DNA of 64,000 nt from Dehalococcoidia bacterium (lineage in GTDB: Bacteria > Chloroflexota > Dehalococcoidia > Lucifugimonadales > G958296245), in assembly GCA_965262055.1 (NCBI GenBank), contig CBDHEI010000002.1:1796721-1860720 (forward strand), written 5' to 3'. A program made the translations under genes and the position numbers. How positions within the stretch are numbered: position 1 is the stretch's first letter; the number at the start of each line of letters is the position of its first letter. The notes under the pieces are model-generated. The model did no database searches. It was not told where the DNA came from and saw only the letters and a list, made by a program, of their open reading frames with translations. This document shows, piece by piece, positions 20,277 to 30,200 of this stretch.

Positions 20277-21443
20277 CTACTTCTCCTGGAGGAGGCGCCG
20301 CGCGATGATCAGCTTCTGTATCTCGTTGGTGCCCTCGCCGATGATCATCAGCGGGGCGTCGCGGTAGTAGCGCTCCACGGGGTAGTCCTTGATGTAACCG
20401 TAGCCGCCGTGGATCCGCATTGCCTCCAGGGTCACCTCGCCGCACACCTCCGTGGCGAACAGCTTCGCCATGCCGGCCTCCAGGTCGACCCTCTCGCCCG
20501 AGTCCTTCTTCGCCGCCGCGTCGTAGGTCAGCAGCCTTGCGGCCTGGACCTTGGTTGCCATGTCGGCCAGCTTGATCTGGATGGCCTGGTGCTGGGCGAT
20601 GGGGACGCCGAACGCCTTGCGCTGCTTCGCGTACTCCTTCGACGCCTCGAAGGCGGCGGTGGCCACCCCCACGGCCCGCGCCGCAATGTTGATCCGCCCG
20701 CCCTCCAAGCCGCTCATAACCTGCCTGAACCCCCGTCCTTCCTCGCCTCCGAGCAGGCTGTCCGCCGGGACGCGGCACTCTTCGAAGAGCAGCTCGCAGG
20801 TGTCCACGCCCCTGTAGCCCAGCTTGTTCAGCTTCTGCCCGACGGAGAAGCCTGCAGTAGGCTTCTCCACGATGAAGCAGGAGATGCCCCGGTACGGCGG
20901 CTCCGCTCCCGGGTCCGTCTTGGCCAGCACCGCGAAGCCGTTGCCGTGCTGGCCGTTGGTAATGAACATCTTGCTGCCGTTCAGCACGTACTCGTCCCCG
21001 TCCCTGACCGCGGAGGTCTGGATGTTCTGGACGTCGCTGCCGGCGTCCGGCTCCGTAAGCGCGAGCCCGCCCCGCAGCGCGCCCTCCGCCATCCTGGGCA
21101 GAAAGCGCCGCTTCTGCTCCTCGGTGCCGTAACCGGAGATCATCGCGCTCATCACGTGGTGCGTACCGATAACCCCCGTGAGGCTCATCCAGCCCTTGCT
21201 CAGCTCCTCGAAGATGAGGGCGAAGGTCGTGTGGTCCAGTCCCATTCCCCCGTACTCTTCGGGGATGGATATGCCGAACAGCCCCATCTCCTTCATCTTC
21301 TCGACCAAGTCGAAGGGGTACGAGTCCTCTTCGTCGTGGCGGGCTGCGACAGGCTCCACGTCCCGGCGCACGAACTCGCGCACGAGGCTGACTATCTGGG
21401 CCCGTACTTCGGGAGGGGTGGGGGCGGGTACTGGGATGGCCAT
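20277..21443 (-). CDS. Acyl-CoA dehydrogenase
   Basis: PEEYGGMG, LTEPDAGSD, NGSKMFITNG, HGGYGY, IGEGTNEIQ. Confidence 0.95.
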   Translation of the reverse strand: MAIPVPAPTPPEVRAQIVSLVREFVRRDVEPVAARHDEEDSYPFDLVEKMKEMGLFGISIPEEYGGMGLDHTTFALIFEELSKGWMSLTGVIGTHHVMSAMISGYGTEEQKRRFLPRMAEGALRGGLALTEPDAGSDVQNIQTSAVRDGDEYVLNGSKMFITNGQHGNGFAVLAKTDPGAEPPYRGISCFIVEKPTAGFSVGQKLNKLGYRGVDTCELLFEECRVPADSLLGGEEGRGFRQVMSGLEGGRINIAARAVGVATAAFEASKEYAKQRKAFGVPIAQHQAIQIKLADMATKVQAARLLTYDAAAKKDSGERVDLEAGMAKLFATEVCGEVTLEAMRIHGGYGYIKDYPVERYYRDAPLMIIGEGTNEIQKLIIARRLLQEK

Positions 21444-21475
21444 TCGACGTTCGGACGAGGGACTTGCTCGGTACC

Positions 21476-22738
21476 CTACCGGTCGGAATGCGAGGGCTGC
21501 CGGGCTCCCACGTTCCTCGCGGAGACCTGAAGCACCCTGAGGAAGCCCTCGGCGTCGGCGTGGTCGTAGGTCCCCATCGCCTCCATTGAGGAGTCGTCCG
21601 TGTAGAGCGAGTGCGGCATCGCCTCGGGGGTGTCTTCGGCGGAATCGAAGAATATCTCGCCCTTGTAGAGGCGCACCGAGATGGCCCCAGTGGCCAGCCG
21701 GGAGATCGGCTCCAGGGCTGCAAGGGCGGCGGTGGTACCGAGATCGTACCAGTAGCCCTGGTATATCTGTGTGCTGATGAAAGAGGACAGCCTCTCGAGC
21801 AGGTCGGTCGCGCGCCGGTCCAGGATGAACTGGAGAAGGAACTCGTACGTGCGCCCAAGCAGCTCCATGCCGGGCGCCTCGTAGATGCCCCGCGACTTGA
21901 TGCCGACGAAGCGGTTCTCCACGACGTGCGTCCCTATCCCGACGCCGTGCCGCCCCGCAATGCTATTACAGCGCTCGAACATCTCCACGACGTCGAGGCG
22001 CTCCCCGTTCACCGCTACGGGCACCCCCTCCTCCCAGCTCAGGGTGACGACCTCCGGCTGGTCCGGGGCGTCCCACGCCCAGACGCCCATGCCGGGCTCG
22101 ACGAACGTCGGGGAAATGGTCACGTCCTCCAGGTCGCCGGCCTCGTGCGTCAGGCCGAGGAAGTTGGCGTCGGTTGAGTACCGCGACTCGTGGGCCGGCT
22201 TGATGGGCAGTCCGTTGGCCTCGCAGTACTCGATCATCTGTTGCCTGCCCGGGAACTGGGCCACGAAATCGGGGTCCCGCCAGGGGGCGTAGACGTCGAT
22301 GTCCGGCGCCAGCATGTTGGTGCTGAGCTGGAACCGCACCTGGTCGTTGCCACGCCCGGTGGCGCCGTGGAAGAGTACGCCTATGCCTTCCGCCTGGAGG
22401 TGCGACAGAATCCGGCTCACAGTTACGGGGCGGGCTATGCTGGTCGTATTCCAGTAGCCGCCCTCGTACCGCGCCTGCGCCTGGATCACCTTGAGGCCGG
22501 CCTCAGCCAGGGGAGTCTGGCAGGGCACGATTGTGGCCTCGACCGCGCCGCAGCCCAGCATCCGGTCGGTTATGGCGTCGAGGTTCTCCTCGTCCGGCTG
22601 TCCCAGGTCCGCGGTGTAGGAGTGGACCTCGAAACCCTTGCTGCGCAGCCAGTGTGTGACGGTGCAGCTGTCGAGTCCTCCGGAGGTGGCGCCGCCCAGG
22701 GACACGACGCCCCTGTCCTTCAACTCACGCCATCTCAC
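21476..22738 (-). CDS. argG: Argininosuccinate synthase
   Basis: SGGLDS, HGATGRGNDQVRF, YSTDAN, VENRFVGIKSRGIYEAPG. Confidence 0.96.
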   Translation of the reverse strand: MRWRELKDRGVVSLGGATSGGLDSCTVTHWLRSKGFEVHSYTADLGQPDEENLDAITDRMLGCGAVEATIVPCQTPLAEAGLKVIQAQARYEGGYWNTTSIARPVTVSRILSHLQAEGIGVLFHGATGRGNDQVRFQLSTNMLAPDIDVYAPWRDPDFVAQFPGRQQMIEYCEANGLPIKPAHESRYSTDANFLGLTHEAGDLEDVTISPTFVEPGMGVWAWDAPDQPEVVTLSWEEGVPVAVNGERLDVVEMFERCNSIAGRHGVGIGTHVVENRFVGIKSRGIYEAPGMELLGRTYEFLLQFILDRRATDLLERLSSFISTQIYQGYWYDLGTTAALAALEPISRLATGAISVRLYKGEIFFDSAEDTPEAMPHSLYTDDSSMEAMGTYDHADAEGFLRVLQVSARNVGARQPSHSDR

Positions 22739-23937
22739 TCCGCGGCCCCCTTCTCCGCCTCGACTATTCCGGCCTCCAGCCGCTCCATTGCGGTCGCAAC
22801 CTCGTCTTCGGTGACCGTGAGCGGGGGCATGAGCCTGATGGTGGCGGGCCCGGTCGCGTTCAGAAGCAGGCCGCCCTCGTTGCAGGCCGCCAGCACCCCC
22901 GCCGATATCTCCGAGGCGAAGTCCACGGCGTGGAGCAGGCCCATTCCCCGTACGGCCTTAACGGAGTCGCGCCTGTCCTCGATGCCTGTGAGGAGCTCAC
23001 CCAGGACGGCGCCCATCCCCTTGGCGTTCTCCGGCACGTTGTGCTCTATCATGAACCGTGTCGAGGCGTTGGCAGCCGCGCAGGCCAGCGGGTTGCCCCC
23101 GAAGGTGGAGCCGTGGTCGCCCGGCTCCAGCACGGCGGCGTCCTCCTTCGTGAGGAAGGCGCCGATGGGCACGCCGCCTCCTAGCCCCTTGGCAAGCGTC
23201 ATCACGTCCGGCTCGACATCGAACTGCTCGTAGCCGAACAGGGTCCCCAGCCGTCCTAGGCCCGTCTGCACCTCGTCCAGGATCAGCAGAAGCCCCTTCT
23301 CGTCGCACCACTGCCGTACGGCCTTGAGGTAGTCCGGCGGCGGAATGTTAACGCCGCCCTCTCCCTGCACGGGCTCCAGCATCACCGCGGCCGTCCTATC
23401 GGTGGTCGCTCCCGTTATCGCGTCCAGGTCGCCGTAGGGAACGTGGACGAACCCGACCGGCAGCGGCTGGAAGGGGTCTTCGTCGTGCGGCTTTCCGGTT
23501 GCCGACCATGTGGCGAGCGTCCTGCCGTGGAAGGAGTTGCCCGCCGTGATGACCTCGTACGCGCCGTTGCGGTGCAGCCTGCCGTACTTCCTCGCCAGCT
23601 TGACCGCCCCCTCATTGGCCTCGGCGCCGCTGTTGCAGAAGAAGACCCTGTCGAGGCAGCTATTCTCCACGAGCACCTCGGCCAGCTCCAGCTGGGGCAC
23701 CGTGTAGAACTGGTTGGAGGTCTGGACCAGGACACGCGCCTGCTCGGCCACCGCGTCCGCGATGGCCGGGTGCGAGTGGCCGAGGTTGTTGACCGCCCAC
23801 CCGGCAACGAAGTCAAGGTACTCCTTCCCCGTGTCGTCCCAGACTCGCGTCCCCTCGCCCCGCACCAGCACCATGGGCTGCCTGCGGAAACAGGGCATGT
23901 AGTACTTGCTCTCGACTTCCCTCCAGTCCCGTGCCAT
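22735..23937 (-). CDS. argD: Acetylornithine aminotransferase
   Basis: NSGAEANE, SFHGRT, EPVQGEGG, DEVQTG, LAKGLGGG, HGSTFGGNP; arg operon context. Confidence 0.93.
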   Translation of the reverse strand: MARDWREVESKYYMPCFRRQPMVLVRGEGTRVWDDTGKEYLDFVAGWAVNNLGHSHPAIADAVAEQARVLVQTSNQFYTVPQLELAEVLVENSCLDRVFFCNSGAEANEGAVKLARKYGRLHRNGAYEVITAGNSFHGRTLATWSATGKPHDEDPFQPLPVGFVHVPYGDLDAITGATTDRTAAVMLEPVQGEGGVNIPPPDYLKAVRQWCDEKGLLLILDEVQTGLGRLGTLFGYEQFDVEPDVMTLAKGLGGGVPIGAFLTKEDAAVLEPGDHGSTFGGNPLACAAANASTRFMIEHNVPENAKGMGAVLGELLTGIEDRRDSVKAVRGMGLLHAVDFASEISAGVLAACNEGGLLLNATGPATIRLMPPLTVTEDEVATAMERLEAGIVEAEKGAAE

Positions 23938-23938
23938 G

Positions 23939-26734
23939 CTACTGCCCTCCCTCCGTTAGCTCCTTGAGTTTATCCAGGGCTTCCTCCAGGTCCTCTATGT
24001 CGCGCTTCAAGTTCTCCAGCGACTCGACCACAGACTCAATGCCCGCCTGTAGGGGCTCTGCCGTAGGAATGGCATCTTTGGGTGTCTCGATAGCGTCAGT
24101 GGGCGGCGCTGCTTCCGGAACGAAGCCGATCAGCGCGTCTATCGCCTCCTGTACGGAATCCCTCATCACCACTCGCTCCTGGCTGGCCAGGATCACCTTC
24201 TTCAGCTCGGGGAACTCGACCCCCTCCGCCTGGAGGTAGACAGGCTCGGCGTACAGGAGGCTGAACTGGTCCTGGGTCGACAGGGGGAGCACGAGCAGGT
24301 TGCCCCTGATGCATTCGGAGCCCTGCTGGCACAGTAGGGTGAGCTCAGGGGAGATGTCCTTGTCATTGTCGATCTTGGCCTCGATCTGTATCGGGCTGTC
24401 GAGCTGCCGGTCCTTAGGGAAGGTCAGGGATACCAGCTCGCCGTAGCGGTCTCCGTCGTTGCGCGCCGCGAGCCATCCGGCAAGGATGGGTGGCTCGTTC
24501 CTGGTATACGGCAGCAGCAGGATAAACTCCGCCTCGTCCTCCCCTGGCAGCTTCAGGATGGCGTAGTAGGGCAGCACGGGCACCAGGTCGCCGCCCTGCC
24601 CGAACTTCTCGTTGGGGATCGCCCAGAGGTCCTCCAGGTTATAGAAGTCCACCGGCTTGGTCATGTGGTATTTCAGGTACTTGGCCGCCTGGAACTTGAA
24701 CAGGTCCTGGGGGTAGCGAACGTGGGACTGCAGGGACTCCGGCATCTCCGAGCTCGGCGAGAACAGCCTCGGGAAGATGCTCTCGTAGGTCTTGATCATC
24801 GGATCGCTCTGGTCCCACACGTAGAACTTGAGGGAGCCGTTGTAGGCGTCCAACACCACCTTCACGCTGTTGCGGATGTAGTTGAACGGCTCTTCGTCGG
24901 GCTCCGAGTACGGGTAGCGGTCGCTCACGGTGTAGGCGTCCTGTACCCAGAAGAGCTGGCCGTCGGCCGCCACCAGGTACGGGTCGTCGTCGAGAAGCAG
25001 GAACGGGGCGACGGTGGATATCCGCTCCTGGATCTCCCGGCGGTACTGAATGCGGCTGTCCGCCGTGATTTCCCCGGTGATCAGGATGTTGATGTCCGCC
25101 AGTTGCCAGGCGTAGGCGATCCGCCTGATCAGCGATCCGACGGACACCCCGCCCCTGCCGTCGTACCGGATGCTGCGCAGCTCCCCTGCCTCTGCCTGGA
25201 AGTCTAGCTCCTCCGTATTGGTGTCCACTATGACGTAGTCCGTCGTCTTCTCGCCGTAGTAGATGCGCGGGTTGGAGACTATGTCAGCGGTGTCGTCGTC
25301 GGCGCCTTCCTGCTGCACCTTTATGACCCCGTCCGGCGGTATGTCCTTGGCGAAGAACTGGGGTCGCCCCTCCGGGGTGAACTCCGTGACAGGGCTCATG
25401 GCGAATCCGAAGCCGTGCGTGTAGCGCAGCCTCGTGTTGATCCACGTCTGGGCGTCTTCGTCCAGCTTCTCGTGGGCAACCTCCCTCGCCGCCAGCATCA
25501 CCTGCCGGTACTCGCCGCCAACGAAGTAACGGTCTACGTCGGCGTCCTTGAAGTCGTAGTACGGCCTGATGAGCTGTATCTGTCGGTAGACCCGCGCCAG
25601 CGGCCCGTGGTCCCAGAGGCGTATGTTGTCTATCGTCTCCTGGTTCTGCGCCACCAGGTCCGCCGTGGGGAAGGAGTTCACGGGGTATGGCTCCTCCGCG
25701 ATGTCGCTCAGGCCGAAGCCGGCGCGCGTGAACTCTATGCTGCGGGCGATGTACGGCTCCTCGCGGGCAAACTCGTTAGGCCTGACCGTCAGGCGCTGCA
25801 TCGTCGAGGGCCAGGCCGTACCAAGCAGGAATGCCATCACGGCCCACAGGGCAAGCCCACCCACGAGCAGGCGGATGCCCCTCATGTACGCGTTCACCAG
25901 AATGAGAACGCCCGACGCGGCGGCTATGACCGTGAGGATGGCCAGGGCCGGCCTGCGGGCGTTCAGGTCGGCGTAGGCCGCGCCGAAGATGGCGCCCTCG
26001 TCCGACAGGAGCAGCGCCCAGCGGTCGAGCCAGTGGCCGAAAGCGAGCACGAACATGATGAACGCGGCGATGATCGATACGTGAATCTTGAAGGCCGGTG
26101 TGATTTGGAAGCCGGCCCCCCGGTAGCTGAAGTTGACGAAGTAGTAACCCAGGCTCGCGAGCAGGACCGCTATGGAGGCCCCCAGCAGCCAGCTCCGTAC
26201 GAAGTCGTACACGGGAAGGGTGAACACGTAGAAGGAGATGTCGTTGCCGTAGACAGGGTCATTGATGCCGAAGGGCGCGGCGTTCGCCAGCCTGAGGAAC
26301 GCCTCCCACTGCGCCGCGGCAAGCGTACCGAATACGACGCTGAGCACGACCACGGCCGCCACGGCGCCCCAGATTATCAGCTTCCTCAGGAAGTCCTGGG
26401 TGGCGGCCGGTAGCGCCTGCTCCTCCGGCCCCTGTGAGAGCCTGTAGGCGAAGAAGAGGCTGATGGTCGCGGGCACCGCGAAGATGACGGCCCCCGCCGC
26501 GAACAGCGCGACCCTCGTGTACACCACCTTCAGGAAGATGCTTCTGAAACCGAGCTGCTCGAACCACAGCAGGTCGGTGTAGACCCCCCTGAGGAACGAG
26601 ATCGCAAAGAATAGAAGGACCACGGCAGCCGCGACGAATATCCACCGGAGTCTCCGGTCCATCACGGACGGCAGCGCAGCGCCAAAGTCGAGCGAGAAGT
26701 TCGGTCCCTGTTGTTGCTGGAAGTACTTTGCCAT
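23939..26734 (-). CDS. UPF0182 family membrane protein
   Basis: N-terminal TM helices, DISFYVF, NIRLWD, PRIYYGE, NYIRNSVK, HVRYP, GNLL motifs. Confidence 0.92.
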   Translation of the reverse strand: MAKYFQQQQGPNFSLDFGAALPSVMDRRLRWIFVAAAVVLLFFAISFLRGVYTDLLWFEQLGFRSIFLKVVYTRVALFAAGAVIFAVPATISLFFAYRLSQGPEEQALPAATQDFLRKLIIWGAVAAVVVLSVVFGTLAAAQWEAFLRLANAAPFGINDPVYGNDISFYVFTLPVYDFVRSWLLGASIAVLLASLGYYFVNFSYRGAGFQITPAFKIHVSIIAAFIMFVLAFGHWLDRWALLLSDEGAIFGAAYADLNARRPALAILTVIAAASGVLILVNAYMRGIRLLVGGLALWAVMAFLLGTAWPSTMQRLTVRPNEFAREEPYIARSIEFTRAGFGLSDIAEEPYPVNSFPTADLVAQNQETIDNIRLWDHGPLARVYRQIQLIRPYYDFKDADVDRYFVGGEYRQVMLAAREVAHEKLDEDAQTWINTRLRYTHGFGFAMSPVTEFTPEGRPQFFAKDIPPDGVIKVQQEGADDDTADIVSNPRIYYGEKTTDYVIVDTNTEELDFQAEAGELRSIRYDGRGGVSVGSLIRRIAYAWQLADINILITGEITADSRIQYRREIQERISTVAPFLLLDDDPYLVAADGQLFWVQDAYTVSDRYPYSEPDEEPFNYIRNSVKVVLDAYNGSLKFYVWDQSDPMIKTYESIFPRLFSPSSEMPESLQSHVRYPQDLFKFQAAKYLKYHMTKPVDFYNLEDLWAIPNEKFGQGGDLVPVLPYYAILKLPGEDEAEFILLLPYTRNEPPILAGWLAARNDGDRYGELVSLTFPKDRQLDSPIQIEAKIDNDKDISPELTLLCQQGSECIRGNLLVLPLSTQDQFSLLYAEPVYLQAEGVEFPELKKVILASQERVVMRDSVQEAIDALIGFVPEAAPPTDAIETPKDAIPTAEPLQAGIESVVESLENLKRDIEDLEEALDKLKELTEGGQ

Positions 26735-26738
26735 TGAA

Positions 26739-27539
26739 TTAGCCTATCCTAGTGCCCATCGGCTCACCTGCAAGAATGTCTCTCAATGTGTGTGGACGGC
26801 GCCCGTCGACGATATGCGCCGTTCCTACCCGGTCCAGTGCGGTCAGGCAGGCGCCTATCTTCGGCACCATGCCGCCGTCGACCACCCGGGACCGCATCAG
26901 CTCCTCGGCCTGCCCTCGGGTCAGCCGCGGGATCACCCTTCTCGAAATGTCCTGAACGCCGCCTACGTCAGTCATGAGTATCAGCCTCTCGACCGATAGG
27001 GCCGCCGCTATCTCGCCCGCCGCGGTGTCCGCGTTGAGATTGAATAGGGCGTCGTCCCCGGGAGAGGCCGACGCGGCCACGGAGGCTATGATCGGCATGT
27101 ACCCTGCGTCGGTCAGCGCCGTTATCGGCCCCGTGTCCACCTCCACCACCCGGCCCACGTGGCCCAGGTCCGGGTCATCCTGCTCGGCCTTGATGAGCCC
27201 GCCGTCGGCCCCCGACAGCCCTATGGCCCTGCCGCCCATGGCCTGAACCGCCGCGACCAAGCCCTTGTTCACCAGCCCAGTCAGCACGGCCACCACGATC
27301 TCGAGGCTGGGCTCGTCGGTAACCCGCAGCCCGCGTACGAACCTGGGCCGTACGCCCTGCCTCTCCATCCACCTGCTGACAACCTTGCCGCCCCCGTGCA
27401 CCACCACCGGCTGCGCACCGTCGCGCTGCATGGCGACCAGGTCCGACAGGGTCGTGTCGTGCTCCCCGAGCGTGCTGCCGCCTATCTTTACGAGAGTCGT
27501 CCCATTTGCGGCGGACTCCTTGCCTGGGCTTGTTTCCAT
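26739..27539 (-). CDS. argB: Acetylglutamate kinase (start uncertain)
   Basis: VKIGG, VHGGG, GLRVTD, NLNADTAA, TDVGG, GGMVPK. Confidence 0.95.
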   Translation of the reverse strand: METSPGKESAANGTTLVKIGGSTLGEHDTTLSDLVAMQRDGAQPVVVHGGGKVVSRWMERQGVRPRFVRGLRVTDEPSLEIVVAVLTGLVNKGLVAAVQAMGGRAIGLSGADGGLIKAEQDDPDLGHVGRVVEVDTGPITALTDAGYMPIIASVAASASPGDDALFNLNADTAAGEIAAALSVERLILMTDVGGVQDISRRVIPRLTRGQAEELMRSRVVDGGMVPKIGACLTALDRVGTAHIVDGRRPHTLRDILAGEPMGTRIG

Positions 27540-27679
27540 ATCGGTAGACGGCACGCCGGCTTCGCGCTCCGTGCGCCGGGATTGTGCGTTCATCATGGCT
27601 GTGGCATATGGCTGCGTTGGAAGGGCCGTCCGGCGCCCTGCGCGGCCAGCCTCGGGGGTCATCACCCTGCGCCGTTGCC

Positions 27680-28888
27680 TCATGTGCTGTAGGCGGAGTT
27701 GAAGACCACGTACTCCTCCGTGAGGTCGCAGCCCCATGCGGTCGCGCTATGGCTCCCCTCGTGGAGGTCGACCCGGAAGCATACCTCGTCGCCGCTCATG
27801 GAGCTTATCACCGCCTCCTTCAGGAAGGAGAAGGCCCGCCCCTCGTGAACGATGTGGATGTCGTTGATGAACAGGTCCACCTTCGACTCGGCCATGTCGA
27901 CGCGGCTCTTGCCGAGGGCCGCCATGACGCGGCCCCAGTTCGGGTCTCGTCCGTGCACCATCGTCTTGACTAGCAGGGAGCCCGCGACCTCCCTGGACGC
28001 GGCCCTGGCGTCCTCCCGTGAGGCGGCGCCCTCCACGACGACCTCTATGAGCCTGCGGGCGCCCTCGGCGTCCCGTACCAGCTCCTTGGCCAGCGCGGTG
28101 CAGACGTAGGTCAGCGCCTCCTGGAATGCCCGCGCGTCCTCCGTACCTTCCCGGATCTCCTGCCCGCCGCCGGCGCCGTTGGCGAACGCCAGCACAGTGT
28201 CGTTAGTGCTCGTATCGCCGTCCACGTCGATCATGTTGAATGACGTGTCAACGGCCTCTCTCAGCGCCCTCTGGAGGAAGGACGCCTCGGCGTCCGCGTC
28301 CGTCGCAATGAAGGCGAGCATCGTGGCCATGTCGGGATGGATCATCCCGACCCCCTTGGCGGCGCCGCCGACGGTTACGCGCCGACCTGACACCTCCACG
28401 GTAACCGCCAATTCCTTGGCCCGCGTATCGGTAGTCATGATGGCCCGCGCGAACTCGTTGCCGCCCTGCTTGTTCAGCCCTACGTTGCCGATGTTCTGCC
28501 TGATCAGCGCCATCGGGAGCTCTACCCCGATCACGCCCGTGCTGCACACGAGTATCTCCTCGGCGGGGACGCCTGCGTGAGCGGCTGCCAGCGCGGCCAT
28601 CTCCTCGGCGTCCCGAAGGCCCTGATCTCCCACGCAGCAGTTGGCGCAGCCGCTGTTGGCGACCACGGCGCGGGCGCGCCCGTCCGCAGCCCGGCCCCTG
28701 CTTAGGGTTACCGAAGGGGACAGCACGCTGCCCCTGGCGAACGTGCCCGCCACACTCGCCGGGCGCTCCGACTTCAGGATGCCGAGGTCCAGCACGTCGT
28801 CGCCGGCCGTCTTCAACCCGGCGTACGTCCCGCCGGCCACGAATCCCTTGGCCGAACTGACATCGCCGCCTCTAACGAGCTCTATCAT
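27680..28888 (-). CDS. argJ: Bifunctional ornithine acetyltransferase / N-acetylglutamate synthase
   Basis: NSGCAN, STGVIG, AIMTTDT, KGVGMIHPDMATML, DTSTND, DPNWGR, WGCDLT. Confidence 0.96.
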   Translation of the reverse strand: MIELVRGGDVSSAKGFVAGGTYAGLKTAGDDVLDLGILKSERPASVAGTFARGSVLSPSVTLSRGRAADGRARAVVANSGCANCCVGDQGLRDAEEMAALAAAHAGVPAEEILVCSTGVIGVELPMALIRQNIGNVGLNKQGGNEFARAIMTTDTRAKELAVTVEVSGRRVTVGGAAKGVGMIHPDMATMLAFIATDADAEASFLQRALREAVDTSFNMIDVDGDTSTNDTVLAFANGAGGGQEIREGTEDARAFQEALTYVCTALAKELVRDAEGARRLIEVVVEGAASREDARAASREVAGSLLVKTMVHGRDPNWGRVMAALGKSRVDMAESKVDLFINDIHIVHEGRAFSFLKEAVISSMSGDEVCFRVDLHEGSHSATAWGCDLTEEYVVFNSAYST

Positions 28889-28991
28889 CTGCCGCTCCGC
28901 TCCGGTCGTCTCGACCGGCGCAAGTCGGGCCCGCAGGCCCCTCGCACACCCCAAATTCGTACCTGCCGCCCCAAGCCGTCGAGCCGGCGAA

Positions 28992-29000
28992 AGTATAACA
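28992..29000 (-). promoter_or_regulatory. Extended -10 promoter candidate for the arg cluster
   Basis: TGTTATACT on the minus strand ~100 bp upstream of argJ. Confidence 0.45.
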
Positions 29001-30200
29001 TACGGGACCGGCCCCTCTGCAGGCCGAGTGCTAGCTTGGAGCCTCCGTGCGTCACCTGTCGCGCCGAAGGGGAGAGGTAAACCCGAATCCACCGAAAGAC
29101 GACTTTGGGGACAGTCCTTGAAGAAGCCAGAGGGTGCTCCTCTGAATCTGGGAGAATGGTTTTGAAACAGAAAACCGCCCGGAAACAAGGAGCACCCAGT
29201 AGATGCTGCCACAGAATAATCCCGACCGTATCCGCGTCGTCTTTGACGACCACCGCCTGGTGGCCAATGCCGGCCTGCTCCTGCCGGCCACCCTTGCACA
29301 GCACCTGGGCCTGCGGGAACTCGTCGACCATCACCTCGACCTAGGCTGCGCATCGGGGCGGGCGAACACGGGGGACAAACTGCTGACGCTGGTCGCTTCC
29401 GCGCTGGCGGGCGGCGACTTCATCGACGACGCCGATGCGCTGCGTGCTGGTGGGACGGTCGGTGTTCTCGGCTGCGTGGTCAAGGCGCCATCCACCCTGG
29501 GCACCTTCCTGCGCAGCTTCCGGTGGGGGCATGTCCGTCAACTCGACCGGGTGAGCCGCCAGTTGCTGGCACGCGCATGGGCCGCTGGGGCCGGACCCGG
29601 CGACTCGCCCCTTACCATCGACCTGGACTCCACCATCTGCGAGACCTATGGACTGGACAAAGAAGGGGCGCGACACCACAACTACACCGGCGTGCGGGGC
29701 TATCACCCACTGCTGGCCATCGCCGCCGGAACCGGCGATGTGCTGATGTCCCGGCTGCGCGAGGGCCGTGCCAACACCGCTCGCGGCGCTGCCCACTTCC
29801 TGCGTGAAACGGTGGGGCGGGTGCGCTACGGTAGGGCCAGCGGCCAACTCACGGTGCGCGCCGACAGCGGCTTCTACGCCCACGCTCTCGTCGCCGTCTG
29901 CCGCGAGATGAGTGTCCGCTTCTCCATCACCATCCGCCAGCACAAAGGCCTGCGGGAGTTGATTGAGGCGATCCCCGAGCAGGACTGGACGCCGATTCCC
30001 TACTGGATGGACGGCGCCGCCGATGTGGCCGAGACCACCTATCCCACATTTCCCATATCAACCCTGCAGGGCTTGCCGTAATCAGCAACAGCGATACCCG
30101 ATGTAGCCGAATAGCAGAGCACAGTGGTTATCATGAGTGCTAGACTGGTCGTGAGCGACTACTCTAGTTCTTGATAACGTACCCACTCAGGAGGCACCCA

